Shown here piece by piece: positions 41,163-54,500 of a DNA stretch of 64,000 bases. The stretch is from Geosiphon pyriformis uo1 (Eukaryota > Fungi > Glomeromycota). Where the stretch lies: contig JAAOMT010000672.1 of NCBI GenBank assembly GCA_016748015.1, forward strand, positions 483,752 through 547,751, in the 5' to 3' direction. The translations under genes were made by a program, and so were the position numbers. The notes under the pieces were generated by a model. That model did no database searches. It worked only from the letters and a program-made list of their open reading frames with translations, and was not told the origin of the DNA. Within the stretch, counting starts at the first letter, position 1. The number at the start of each line of letters is the position of its first letter.

Positions 41163-41900
41163 TGTCACGAACAGAGGTGTATGTAAAGAAATAACTGAAG
41201 GAAACAGAAGGGAATAAGGGAAAAGGAAGATATTTCTTTGACTATTCTATGCTCTCGTTATGGTCAGAGGATCAACGAAAGAAAGAGTTTTTTTTTTAAT
41301 AATATTGTTTATATTATTTTAAATAAAATTGTATTTTTAAAAATTAGTACATAAAAGCTTTTTTAGTTTTTAAAAATTTTAAATTAGCTGTTAATAAAAT
41401 TGTGAATTTTGGGTATAATCTAAAAATATCTTATTATAATAAAATCTAATTAGTTTAATTTAAATATAAAGCTATTATATAAAAAATAACTTAATATTTT
41501 ATAATAATTTTTTATTTTTTGTGATTTTTAAGTTGTTATTAATACTTTTTAATAATATTATTTAACTATCAAGAATTGTTGAATTTTTTGGTATTTGTTT
41601 TAGATTATAGTTAAATTTGAAATAATTTATACTAAAATAATTTATAATCTGTAATAAACTATAATATTTTGAATTTACTAATTTAATAGTTAAAAAATTC
41701 TTATGTTTATAACTTATACTTGTAATATTTAATAACTCATAATTTTTTACTGTTAATATAAGTTATTTTAAGTGCTAAATTTAGTTTAAATTCTGCTAAA
41801 TTTAGTAAAATTGCAGTAAAACAAACCAATATTTTTATGACTAAAAATATTATATAATAATATAATATTATTTATTTAACAGAATAATTATTAATCATAA

Positions 41901-42375
41901 TAAGTAATCAAGTTAGAGTTTTGAATTGTCTTAAGTTTTAAATTATTATCAATTATATAAGTAATTAAGTCAGAGTTTCAAATTGTTCTAAGTTCTAAAT
42001 TATTATTGATTATATAAATATCAAGTTAAAGTTTTAAATTGTTCCAAGTTTTAAATTATTATTAATTATATAAGTAATTAAATCAGAGTTTTGAATTGTC
42101 CTAAGTTTTAAATTATTATTAATTATATAAATAATTAAGTCAGAATTTTGAATTGTCTCAAGTTTTAAATTATTATTAATTATATAAGTAATTAAGTTGG
42201 AATTTTAAATTATTCCAAGTTCTAAATTATTATTGATTATATAAATAATTAAGTTAGAGTTTTGAATTGTTTTAAGCCTCTAAATTATTATCAATTGTGT
42301 AAGTAATCAAATCAGAGTTTCAAATTATTCTAAGTTTTAAATTATTATTAATTGTGTAAGTAATTAAATCGAATT
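41901..42375. repeat. 57-bp tandem repeat, 8 full units plus a partial ninth
   Basis: Unit starts at 41901, 41958, 42015, 42071, 42128, 42185, 42242, 42300, 42357; consensus approx. taagtaatcaagtcagagttttgaattgtcctaagttttaaattattattaattata. Confidence 0.95.
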
Positions 42376-43747
42376 TTTGGATCAGTTTTATCTAATTAAA
42401 GTCTTAATTATACTTTTTCTTTGTCTTTTAATTCTATTATGTTTAATAGCAAAAAGCATCTTATCTTTTTAGTTTGTATTCCACAAAGTTGTAAAAATAC
42501 TATACTTTATAATAAGTTTATAATATTTAATTAATATCATATAAATAATAAAAACCAATTAAAAACTGCAAAACACTTTAAGAAAAATGGTTTTTCATAT
42601 ATAAAATAATCTTTAGTTTTGGCTTGGGTCAAAATGAACCAAATTTTTGTCTATAAGCAATTACATATGCATAGAATTTAATTCTAACTTTAATAAAGCA
42701 CTTATTATTTTTATTTAAAAGACAGAATTGCATAAAATAATATTTATTGGAGATATAATTCAAGCTGCTAATATAAAGTTTTATGATCAATTAAATATTC
42801 CAGAAAATGAGTGCTAAAAACTATTTAATAACTAGTTTAAAAGCTTTAAAGACTATATTAAATTATATTTATTTTACTTTTATAATAATATATTATTAAT
42901 TAATATTAAGCATATTAAAAATAAGTAAGTACATATAATAATACTTCTTGCTAATTAAAAATTATACAATATTTTCAACATAAATAAAACTACACTATTT
43001 TATGTTATATTACCAAATTAAGATTTGCTATAATATCATAATACTAAACAATTAAAAGTGTAACTGATACTTGCTTTTACAATCAATATTAATAGAACTA
43101 AATATTGCTATTATTTATTATTAGTTATGTTAAACATTTATACTGTTTTTAAAAGAAAACAGAAAAGCAATTTGGTTTTCAATATTATTTAAACACTTAT
43201 GTTTAAATAACTGGTAATATTTTTTAACAATAGCTTGTTAATTAGAACTATTAGCTATATAAAAAAAACCAAAACATATTGTTATTAGTAAACAATTTTA
43301 CTAATCACAATTATAATATGAAATTTATTATAAAAATTTATATAGAATAGTTTACATCGAATTTGATAGCACATATTTAGCCTATAAATACTAGAATTAT
43401 TTATTATTTTAAGACATATTACTATTGCCATTTTTTTACTATATATTAAATTTTTCTAATAATAGTGCTAATAATTTTTATGCAATTAATTAATTTTAAG
43501 CAATATATCTAATTTATAGGAAATAAAAAAATGTTTTAAATAAAATAATTATTCATTGTTGGTACTAAATTAGCATTCTTTTAATTAATATAAATAACAA
43601 CTTTTAAAATAAAACTGCAAACTTGAAAATAATAATTAATTATAATCAAAAAATAGTGTTATAGTTAAAACTCATACTTTTATTTAGTTATTACATGTAT
43701 TAGCAACTAATATATATAATTAGCCATTCTATTTTTAGATAGTAATC

Positions 43748-43852
43748 ATTAATCTGATTAATAATTTGACTGTTAATCTAATTATTGACTTGATTATTAA
43801 CCTAATCAATAACTTAATTAATGATTTCATCATTAATCTAATTATTGACCAC
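43748..43852. repeat. Degenerate 12-bp tandem repeat (~8-9 units) just upstream of a TATATAAG box
   Basis: attaatctgatt/aataatttgact/gttaatctaatt/attgacttgatt/attaacctaatc/...; TATATAAG at ~43863. Confidence 0.7.
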
Positions 43853-46800
43853 TTTTAATAGCTATATAAGTAATGCATTTCTTAAATATAGAAAAATATG
43901 TAAAAAAATCAAAAAAAGCAAAAAAATAAAATAACAACTTTTATTTCAATTTTTTTCTTTTTACTAATTTTCTTTTTTACTTTTAAGTATCTAAACATCT
44001 TGGAATAAAAGATTACTTGTTGGCATTTATCTATCTTTTTTCTGACTTATATAATTTTAGCATTTGAAGATTATTAAATAAAATATAACTGAAAAGCACA
44101 TTTAATACTTAATATTAAATTCTAAAAACATCAATATAAAGCATAAAATTATACCAATATATTATTATTTGTTGATAATATAGACTATTTTTCTATTTTT
44201 AGATTCTCCAGTTATGTTTTGAAAAGAATAGCAATTGAGATATTTTATAAAACTGATCTCATACATTAAATTCATACTCATTCAATTCACTTTTTGAAGT
44301 TAAATGCTCTTTGATTAATTTTATCATCCTATAATCCTGTTTTTTTTTGCTATCTATTAACTTATTACTCTAACCCATAACATAAAAGTAGTGTTTTTTG
44401 TAAGATTGTTAAAATTTATTTATTTTTTTATTGTATGAGTAATTATTTATACTTGTCACAACAATCAGAAAAATACTTTGTAATATACAACAAAAATGAC
44501 TTAAATTTCATTGTACTCAATCCTTTGTCTTTTTGTTTAATTTGTTTTTCTTTTAAAAAACAATTCAGTAGACAATTTCAAAACTTTTAAAACTGGTTTC
44601 TGAATAAATATTCAGCTAAAACTTATACAGCTTATATAATCTATTTTTTTAATCAAGCCTACTTTGAAAAAACTTCTAAAAAAAGAAACAACATTAATCA
44701 GCTTTTATACTCAACAATTTTTGAACAACAGCCTTTTGATTTTAAATATCTGAATCACCAAATTCATATTTAAATTGCTGTCTACCAATTAGCTAAAACT
44801 TTCTTTAAAACAAAAGAAAAAAGTTACCAAATTACTTCTGTTTTTGATCTTTTTTTAAGTGAATTAAAACATTCTACACAAATAGTTATTTCTGAACCAA
44901 TAGCTGTTGATCTCATGCAAGCAAACATTCTGACTGCCCTTCAAGATATACAAACTGCTTTAGGGTAAAAAAACAACATCTTATTACTATTATTTAGAAA
45001 TAATACATAAGATTTAATCAAATAATTGAATGATTTTAAGAAAGCTGCCACAGTTAATTAATATGATGCTAACTACAAGTTCCAAATTTTTGGTGGTTAT
45101 TTTCATGGCTTTTTTGCTATCTGGTTCTTACAAAAAACTAATACTAATATCCAGCAAAAAATTATTGGATAAATATTAGCAAATATTAAAAAAAAAATAT
45201 TTCTTTTATTATTTAGTTTAAAAACAAATTTAGAACTCTTATTTTGATTTTTAAATATCAGATAGAATTAGAAAAAAGAACTCAAAGCTCAAGAAAAATA
45301 GTAACTAAATATGCTAAAACAATAAAAAAGCTAATTAAACAAATAAACTCTAAAAAAACTAGACAAAAAAGCAAAAAATTTACTTTTTTACAAAAGAATT
45401 AAGAACTGATTTTTTATATGTTTTTTGGTCTTTCTTAGTTCTAAAAAACAATTTCAGAATAAATATGGCCATTGAACTTATTTAAAGAATTGAAAATAAC
45501 CAAAAAATGCATTTGAAATCTATACTTTTTATTTTTGTTTTAGCTTTTATTATAACTCTAACTTTTCAAATAACTATAATATCTTTTGCTGCCTAAACTC
45601 AAGACCCAAATAAATAGTTAATAGATAGATTTACAACCAATCTTGCTTAATTACTAAAACCCTAAGCTTAAGCAGTAGAAAAAATTTAACAATCATAAAA
45701 ACTCAGATTTGAACCATGCTTTAATCAGTTCCAACAACTATCATACCAAAAACAGCAAAATTGTGATTCTTTTATGTGTTATCACTATAAATTAACTAGA
45801 CACTTTTCAAAAAATTGCAACAATCTTCTATTGTCTTCTCTAGCTTTTAAAAACAATAACATTTAAAACAACAAACCTAATAACAATAATGTTTCTAATC
45901 AAAGATTTAATCATGCCAACATTAACTTTTTTGAAAAAAATTCTCTAATTAAAGCCACTGTTTATTAGTTTTTAAATTAGTAGGCATATTTTCAAAGAGT
46001 AAAAGTACAAGTCAATTAGAAAAAAACTTTTTTTATGTTTTTAACTTAACTAATAATAACTATGATATAAATAAACTGGCAATTAACTTTCTTAATTCAA
46101 CAAAAAAAAAAAAAAAAGCTAAAATTGATTTTGTTCTGAATTTCAATAAAGCTTTTATATTAATTATTAATAATAATGAACCACTAAAAGCAAAAATCAT
46201 CAAAAAATTTTTAAAGCTAGAACTTTCAGAAATTGTACAAAAATTTTGTTCTTATTCTATTGTTAAAGATCTTATAAAAATACCAGCTTACATTATTTTT
46301 ATTCAGCTAATAATTCATCTACAATTCAGAAAAAATCTTCACAAATCTTTAATCTTAAAAAAAAAGACACCAAAAACCAACAAACACTTTTATCAAACTG
46401 AACTTATTAATAATAGCAATGTTACTCCTCTAATTTGCAAAGCAAAAGTGATTGGTTATTTCATTAATCTGATCTTAAACAGTAGATTGTCTATTAGTGT
46501 TATTACCAAATATTTCCTTAAGGCAATTAACAGAAAGATTGATAAGTCTTTTACTTAACTAGTAATTAATATATATAGTAACAAGAAAAAAAGTCTGGGC
46601 ATAACCAAAGCTGTCTCTGTTTATATCAATAGTATCAGTATTAAAACTAACATGGAAGTTTTTGAAGCCAAGAAATATATTATTATTGTTGACAAAAAAT
46701 GGCTTAAAAAAGCAAAATTTTACTTAACTATAAACTTTATAAGCTAATTATCAGATGTGGTAAAAAGCCTATTGTGGTTAAGTATTATTATTAAACAACT

Positions 46801-49766
46801 TTTCTAGTATTCAAGCAAGATTAAAAAAAAAACAATTAAATAAATCAGATGATAAAGAAAGTGAAAAAAAATAAATAAAGAAGAACAAAAAAAAACTACT
46901 AAACTTACTTACACTATTTTTATCAGCAATAACAAGTTACTGAACAATATTAAGACTGATAAAAAAAAGAATTATTGTAAATGGTAAGCTAATTTGTTGG
47001 TTATATTATAATATACTCAAAAAAACTTTTAACAGAAAGTTTGGCAAGAAAACCAAATACAGTTATTGGTAATATAGTCTTTATGTTTAGTGCTAATATA
47101 ATAAGTTATTGTATTCTTCCAACAATAAATTCAAATTCTGTTTAATCTATTACAAAGATTGGAAATTTATTAACTTAATACCAAAAAAAAAGATACAAAA
47201 AGTGCAAAAATTCTTTGAGAATAAACTATTAAAGATACAGTTATTAATAATAAAACAAAAAAACTTTTCTCAAAAAAAAGAAAGATAGATATTAAAAATC
47301 TGTTGACTAAAAACAATCCCGTTATTTTAAAAGAAAATAATACTCCTAAATATACCCATGTAATACAACACACTATCACTACCAAAGAAACTTATTCTAT
47401 TCATCTAAAGCCTTATTAGTCTAATTGTCATAATAATAAGTTTATTAAGAAATAAATAAATTGAATAAAAATCTTAGATTTATATAAAAAACTAAAAATG
47501 AATGGGCTTTTTTAGTTGTAATAATATTTAAAAAACATAGAATTCTACACTTTTGTATTGACTATTAACAATTAAATACTATTACTAAAAAAGATATGTA
47601 TCTATTCCCCAAAATTAATATAATGTTAAACAAATTTAATAGTGCTTTTTTTTTAATTATTAATTTAATTGCTGAATTTTGGCAAATAAAAATAAATTCA
47701 GAAAGCAGAAAAAAACTGCCTTTATTATTAAGTATAGCATTTATAAATTCATAATTATGTCTTTTGGTTTTACTAATACCTTTTTTTATTTTTCAATGCT
47801 TAATGAACAAAGTATTTGTTCTAATCTATTTAGATAATATAATAGTATATTCAAAAACATGAAATAAATACTTAAAATATTTACAAAAATTTTTTGATCT
47901 TTTCAAAAATGCTGGTTTTAAGATTAATCCTATTAAATTTTTTTTTAGATATTAATTCATCTAGTTCTTTGGTTATTTTATTATAAAAGATGAAATCTTC
48001 TCTGATTCAGCTAAAATTAAAAAAGTCCAGAACATTAGACAATCAATGAATAATTATGAATTACATTTTTTCTTTGAATTGGCCTTTTATTATTACAAAT
48101 TCATTAAGAATTTTTTCAAAATCGTCTTTTTTTTCAATTAGCTATTCAAAAAAACTGTTAATTATTACTGAAATACATATCAACAAAAAGCATTCAAAAC
48201 TTTAAAAAAAAAATTGGTTATAGAATCTATTTTTATACAACCTAATCTGGATTAATTTTTTATCTTTTATATTAATAGATTTGATTATAAACTTAGTATT
48301 GTTTTCTTACAAAAAAATAAAGATAACAAAAAACATGTTATAACATATACAAATAGAATACTCTCACTAATAGAACAAAACTATTTAATTACTAAGCAAG
48401 AATACTTAGTAGTAGTTTAGACTACTAATTACTAAAATAAATATTTTTTTGGTGTAAAATTCTTAATAGTAACAGATTATTAAGCCTTAGTTTGGCTGTA
48501 AAACAAAAAAAAGCTAGAACACAAATAAATAACTTGCTGAATATTCCTCTTAGATAAATTTGATTATGACATTCAATATTGTAAAGAAGCAAATTATCAA
48601 AATGCCAATGTTTTTTCCAAACTTACTACTCAGTAATAATACAACCTTCACAAACCAAACCAACTTAATTATTAATAACTTTCTTCTTAACTAAACATGA
48701 TAATAAACTTAAACAATTACTTTATACTAATAGAATTTTTGAGTAAAAAACAATATTTACCAGACTACAATTGACAATAAAGAAAATATTTACACAAACA
48801 AACAAATTTTTATTTAATTTGCCAGAACCAGTTATACAAAAGAAACAGAAAAAATCTTGACCATTTTCAAAGAGTTATCAAATTTAAAGAAAAAAAATTG
48901 TAATATATAATATATATACTAATTCATTAGCTAAACACTTTAAAAAAACAAAAATAATTCAGAAAATTTTAGTTTGGTATTATTGGTTTATCTTAGAAAA
49001 AAATATTGCTGAGTACATTAAAACCTGTAATATTTGCCAAAAAAAAGAAAAACCTAATTGTAAAGAAGATATTCATTTAATTTCTATTGGTTAATTATTT
49101 GACAGAATTGATATAAATGTTGTTAAACTTTTAACAGTAACTTCTAATAGCAACAAATATATTATTACAGCTATTGACTATCTTACAAAATGAGTAAAAA
49201 CAAGAGCTTGTTCAAACCAAACAACAGTTTTTATAGCCAATTTTATTTATGAAGATATTATCTGCTATTATTGCTGTCCCAAAAAACTTTTATCTGATAG
49301 AAGAAGAGTTTTTCTTAGTATATTAGTTAAAAAACTTTGTAGAAAAATGAAAATATATTATAAATTTTTTTCTTTTTACTATTCTCAAACAAATAATCTA
49401 ATAAAATATTTCAACAGAATATTATATAAAACATTATTCAAAACCAGTGAAAAAACAAATTTATGAAACAAAATACTGTCTTCAGCCTTGTTTGCTTATA
49501 AGACTGTAAATTATAACATAACAAGTTATAAACTCTTTTATCTGTTCTATAGATGAATTGCAACTCTACTAATAGAAACTAATATTGAGATAATATCTTT
49601 TAAAGAAATCATAATAAAAAATTACAAAGACATTTGCAAAAAAAACTTAGTACTATTTTTGACTTCTTAGTAAAAGCATGAATAATTACTTTTAAAAAGA
49701 TAAAACAGTTTCAAAAAAATTTTAAGAAAAAAAAAATTATAAAACATTTTTTTTAAGTATTGGTGA

Positions 49767-50741
49767 TATTATTAGAGGTTTTTGGTCTCTTTTCTTAAAT
49801 GTTGTTGATGCCAGTTTGCAGTGAATTCACGTTTTCTGGATGTGGTTAAACCTCCAGTAACTAAATTTATCTTCAAATTATCTCCTATAATTTGAACTGC
49901 TGGGCTTATAAGTGGAATGACCAATTCTGTGCCAGTTACTTGTGTAGTTACATTGTAGTAAACATCAACTCTTTCCCAGAAATTGCTCGTCTGAAAGCTC
50001 ACTAAAAATGTGTAGTTACTTTGGTGTGAAAATCAACTCTTTTACAGGAATCTTGTCTGTAGGCTATCTAAATAATTATAATAAAAAAAAGAAAAGAAAA
50101 ATAAAAGAATGTAAAAAAAAGGAATTTTGTCAAGGGAAACATTTTCTATCCAAGTCTGGAGTCACTAACAGTTTACTGAAATTAGTAGCTAATTAATTTT
50201 AAAACGTTAGTTGGATTTTGGGAATTTTCAAGTGCAATAATTAAAGAAGTTGATTTTTGAATTATTTGATTTTATTTCGTTTTTGTAAGAACAATTCTAA
50301 TTAATAAGTCTCAAGTAAGATATCTAAAGATAAGGATACATTTTCTCAAAGAGAAAAGCTCTTCTTTTATACAATTTGTTATAGTACTAGTCTATGAACT
50401 TGAACTATTTTCTTTACTATGGTTTTGATGAACTAAAAATATTTTTCGGCGAACTTACAAGTTATTTCTACAAACTATTGAATATTTCAGTAAACTATTA
50501 ATTATTTCAGCAAATTTCTACAAATTTTGGCAAACTCTTGAATATTAAATGGTTTGGGGTATTGTGTAATTTGATCATCCTAATTTCTATAGTACAAATT
50601 GGGTTATTAATTGATTGATAATATTCAATAATTTGATTAAATAATAAGTAATAATTTGAATGATAATATATGCTAATTTAATGGTAGAAATTATAAGGGT
50701 AATATTATGTTAATTAATATCTCAAGTTTTGGTTGGTAACA
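49767..50741 (-). repeat. 3' LTR
   Basis: Direct repeat of 58593-59569; outer end mutated to tattat; preceded on the minus strand by the PPT. Confidence 0.95.
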
Positions 50742-51429
50742 TAACCTCCTCTTCAAGACTGAACTCTGTTGAAGTCCAAGTACTGTCTGCATATTCCAGA
50801 TAGTAATCCAAAATTACTGAAAAAATTTGGTCTGAAAATTGTTGAAATTTCAGTTCTGTGAGTTTCCCAATGTATTGGATCTTCAGTGGTTGTAAAATTG
50901 GGTTTTGTAGGATATTTTCACAGGTATAAAATAAGTCATAAAGTTTAAGAGCTGCTCTAAGTTTGTAGTAACTGTTTGTTGGTCCAGCCATTGTTTTAAA
51001 TTCGTTGTAGAGTTGTTTCTGATTGGCTTCTTTTGTAAGGTTGGCTGTTGTGAGTTCTAGTTTTTGTTCATGCAGTGTTTTTCTAATGTGAAAATATCTA
51101 TAGATTAGAGGGTATTTATTGTTTTCTTCATTAAGACACTGTCAAAGTTTTTGTTGAATTGTGGCATTTGGTGAAATGTCAATAAGTGGGAGCAACAAAT
51201 TTTCTCTCAAGGCAAGCTTCAAAAGTTCTGGTAGGTAAATTCCAGAATAACTTCTAGTGTTCTTTTTATAAGGGTGATAATTTCGTGATTTTGGGGATAA
51301 GATTGTGGCTGTTTCTGTTTGAGTATAATTAATATGTTTTTCTGTAATAGTAATAGATAATTCAGATATTGTTTTTAAAGCTAACATTAGTTTTTGGGAT
51401 AATTGTTGAATGTTTTGTGGAATAGTCAT
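50722..51429 (-). pseudogene. Extra ORF3 (~235 codons) between integrase and 3' LTR, function unknown
   Basis: ORFs 51142..51429 and 50722..50991 share a frame and are separated by a single TGA; the intervening codons are open; homolog at ~28050-28740. Confidence 0.8.
50742..50755 (-). promoter_or_regulatory. Polypurine tract
   Basis: GAAGAGGAGGTTA directly upstream of the 3' LTR TG. Confidence 0.8.
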
Positions 51430-51549
51430 TATAATGATTTTTTAAGAAACTAAAAAATTTTCTTAAGTGAAATTATTTTTGGGTATGTGGATTTTTATGT
51501 TATTTTGTAGGATTTTTTCCGAATTTTTATAGAAAAATAACTATAATAA

Positions 51550-54500
51550 TTAAGTATTCAAGTTGGGAGGTTGTTCAATAACAACTATTGGTTCCAAATT
51601 TCGGGGAATATTTTCAGAGTTAATTAAAGGAGAATGTATACCAATTTGTGGGATTAATAGTTCAGAATGTGTTCTGAAATGATAATGTTTCAATCAATCT
51701 CCATGTGCAACTTTTGCTAGTATTTTTCCATCAAGTCTTAACTTGTATGATCTATTTTCTAAGATTTCATGAACAAAAAATGGTCCATCCCATTTATGTT
51801 CAAATTTTTCACTCCATTGTTTTTTAGTTCAGTGTAAAAGAACTTTATTTCCAACTTTAAATTCGTTTGTAACTGGTGGCAGTTTGTTGTTATGTCTTTT
51901 TTTTTGTTGGGCTTGTAAATTTTCAATGTGGGTGGTTGCTATACATCTTTTTTCTTTTAAAGTACTGAGAAGAGTATAAGCTCTTCACTGAAGTGTTTCT
52001 TGTAAGTTTTCTTCTGTGATTGGTTGTACTAGATATGTTTCCACTGTGAATTCAATTGGTAGTTTTGCTGTTCTTCCATAAGTAAGGTCAAATGGTGTGT
52101 TTTGTTGTATCTTGTTTTAGTGTTCTATATACTAGTAACACTGATGGAATAAAAATATCCTATTTCTGCTCAAAATCTGTTAAGACTTTGGCTAATGATT
52201 TACACAATGTTCTGTTGAAACATTTCACTAATCCATTTGTCTGTGGATGGTAGGGTGAAAATAAAGATCTTTTGACATTAAATTGTTCACGAATTTCTTG
52301 TATCAGGTTGTTCACAAAATGTGTCCCCTGATTGGATAAAAGTTCAATTGGGCATTCATGTCTACAAATAATGTCTTCATAGATAAAATTTACTACTGAT
52401 TTTACATCTGTTTGTTGAATAGCTCTGGCTTTGGGCCATTTGGTAAGATAATCTATTGCTACTGCTATGTATCAGTTTTCTTGCATGGTAATAAGTAGCA
52501 GTCCGACTAAATTGATACCAACTCGGTCAAAAAGTTGTCCAACTTTGATTGGATTTAAAGGTTTAGTAGGACATGTTCCTCCTCTTTTTTGACAACTATC
52601 ACAAGATTCAACATATTGATGTATGTCTCTTTTCATTCGGGGCCAAAAATAGTATTCTAGTGTTTTTTGGGTGGTACTGTCTTTTCCGAAGTGTGCTGAT
52701 GAAGAATCTGAGTACATGTTATATAATATAGTCTCTTTTTCATGTTCTTGTATTAATCTGAGTAGTTTGTCTGGGTTTTTAAAATTTTGATGATAAATAA
52801 TATTGTTGTGTAGAAAATATTATCTGACTTGTTGTTATAATTGATGGTTTTCATTTAAAGACCAATCTGTTAGGATTGTTAATGTCTTCAAATATTGTTT
52901 GAGATTGTTGTAGTCTTTTGAATTCATTGTTTGTTGGTTGTTAGATTTGAGTGTTGATTTGTGTTTTCTAATCTTGTTTCATTCTAGAGAGACAGTCAGC
53001 ATTGGTGTAGAGTTTTTCTGATTTGTGATATACTATATATTAGTAGTTTGCTAAAAATCCTGTCCATCTGGTTTGTTTTGCATTCAACTTCATGTTTTTG
53101 TTTTGTAACCATTTAAGTCCAATATTATCAGTAATAATATCAAATTCCTTAGGTTTGAGATAAAGGTCAAAGTGGTGTAAGGCCCATATTACCGCTGCAG
53201 TTTCTAATTCCATTGCTGAATAGTTTTTCTTGGCTGGTTTTAGTGTTCTACTGGCATAAGGAATTACTTGTTCATTGCCACTGTCATCTAATTGTAATAA
53301 AATGGCACCAAAGACAGTATATGAAGCATCTGTAGCTAATTGGAATTGGTTACTGAAGTCTGAGTAGGCAAGAATTGGAGTTGTGATGAGCTTTTCTTTG
53401 AGTTTTTCAAATGCATTTTGGTGTTCTTCTGTCTACTTGTATTCTGTGTTTTTGGTGTTGAGTTGGTTAAGAGGTTTTGCAATCTCTGAAAATTCTTTAA
53501 TGAATTTTCAATAATAGGAAGCTAATCCAACAAATCTTCTTAATTCTGTGGTATTTCATAGAACTTTGAAATTTTTAACAGCACTGATTTTTTCTGGATC
53601 TGGTTTAACTCCTTCTCCACTAACAATGTAACCAAAAAAAGCCAAACTTGTTTTTCCAAAATGGCATTTCTTGATGTTTAATTTTAATCCTGCTTATGTA
53701 ATTGTTGAAAAACTTCTCGCAGGTGAATTAGATGGAATTCAAAAGATGGTGAATAAACATCAGTGTTGTCAAGGTAGACAACTACTGATTTCCAAAGAAA
53801 TCTAGTATATACAACATCTATGAGTCTTTGAAATGTTGCTGGAGGATTACACAATCCAAAAGGCATTACATTGAATTTGTAGTTTTCTCTTTGCATGGTA
53901 AATGCTGTTTTGGGATGGTCTTTGGAGTTCTTGGCAACTTGCCAGTATCTACTTTCTAAATCTAATGTTGAAAAGTATTTGGATTTTCTAAGAGCATCTA
54001 ACATATCATCAATTTGAGGAAAGGGGTAGGCATCTCCAATGGTAACATTGTTTAATTGTCTATAGTCAATGCAAAATCGAATTTTTCCATTTTTCTTTTT
54101 AATAAGTACTACTGGTGAAGCCCATAGGCTCATTGATGATTGGATGAGCCCATTATTAAGCATCCTTTGAACTTCTTCTCTGATAAATTGATGGCTTTCT
54201 GGAGCAACTTGGTATGCTTGTTGTCATCTAGGTTTGGTATCTCCTGTATAGATTTGATGTTGAACCAAATCAGTTCTTTCTAAATCATTGTTGTTTTCAG
54301 CAAATATGTCTGCATGTTCTGCAATTAACTCCTTAAGCTAATTCTGTTGTTGGGGCTCTAATTGTCCTATGTTAATTTGGGATAACTTTTCAATAACAAT
54401 GTGGTAGTTTTCAAAGCTGGGTTTTGGATTGAATTTTGGGAGAGAATGTCTAATAATTTCCGAAAAAATTAAAACTGTTTGGGTAATTCTTGTTGAAAGA

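Larger units (their letters stand above)
34385..41293 (-). mobile_element. Full-length, youngest LINE copy (~6.9 kb)
   Basis: 5'UTR, ORF1, ORF2, 3'UTR, (TAAA)n/A tail at 34385-34406; candidate 13-bp TSD TTTTAATAATATT at 34372-34384 and 41294-41306. Confidence 0.97.
31340..41697 (+). mobile_element. Ancient LINE copy (end of ORF1 and ORF2 with deletions), interrupted by the younger antisense LINE
   Basis: Eroded APE start (SLI*KIVTYNI ~31515) and RT region (33000-33900); the flanks at 34340-34384 and 41307-41420 join into sequence homologous to 6115-6270 of the first copy. Confidence 0.75.

Noticed and set aside
41163-41293. HDV-like ribozyme in the LINE 5'UTR
   Set aside because: Short pyrimidine-rich leader; no nested double pseudoknot could be drawn.
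41901-42375. CRISPR-like array
   Set aside because: Contiguous tandem units with no unique spacers, no cas genes, eukaryotic context.
50722-51429. env gene
   Set aside because: No signal peptide, furin site or transmembrane segment.
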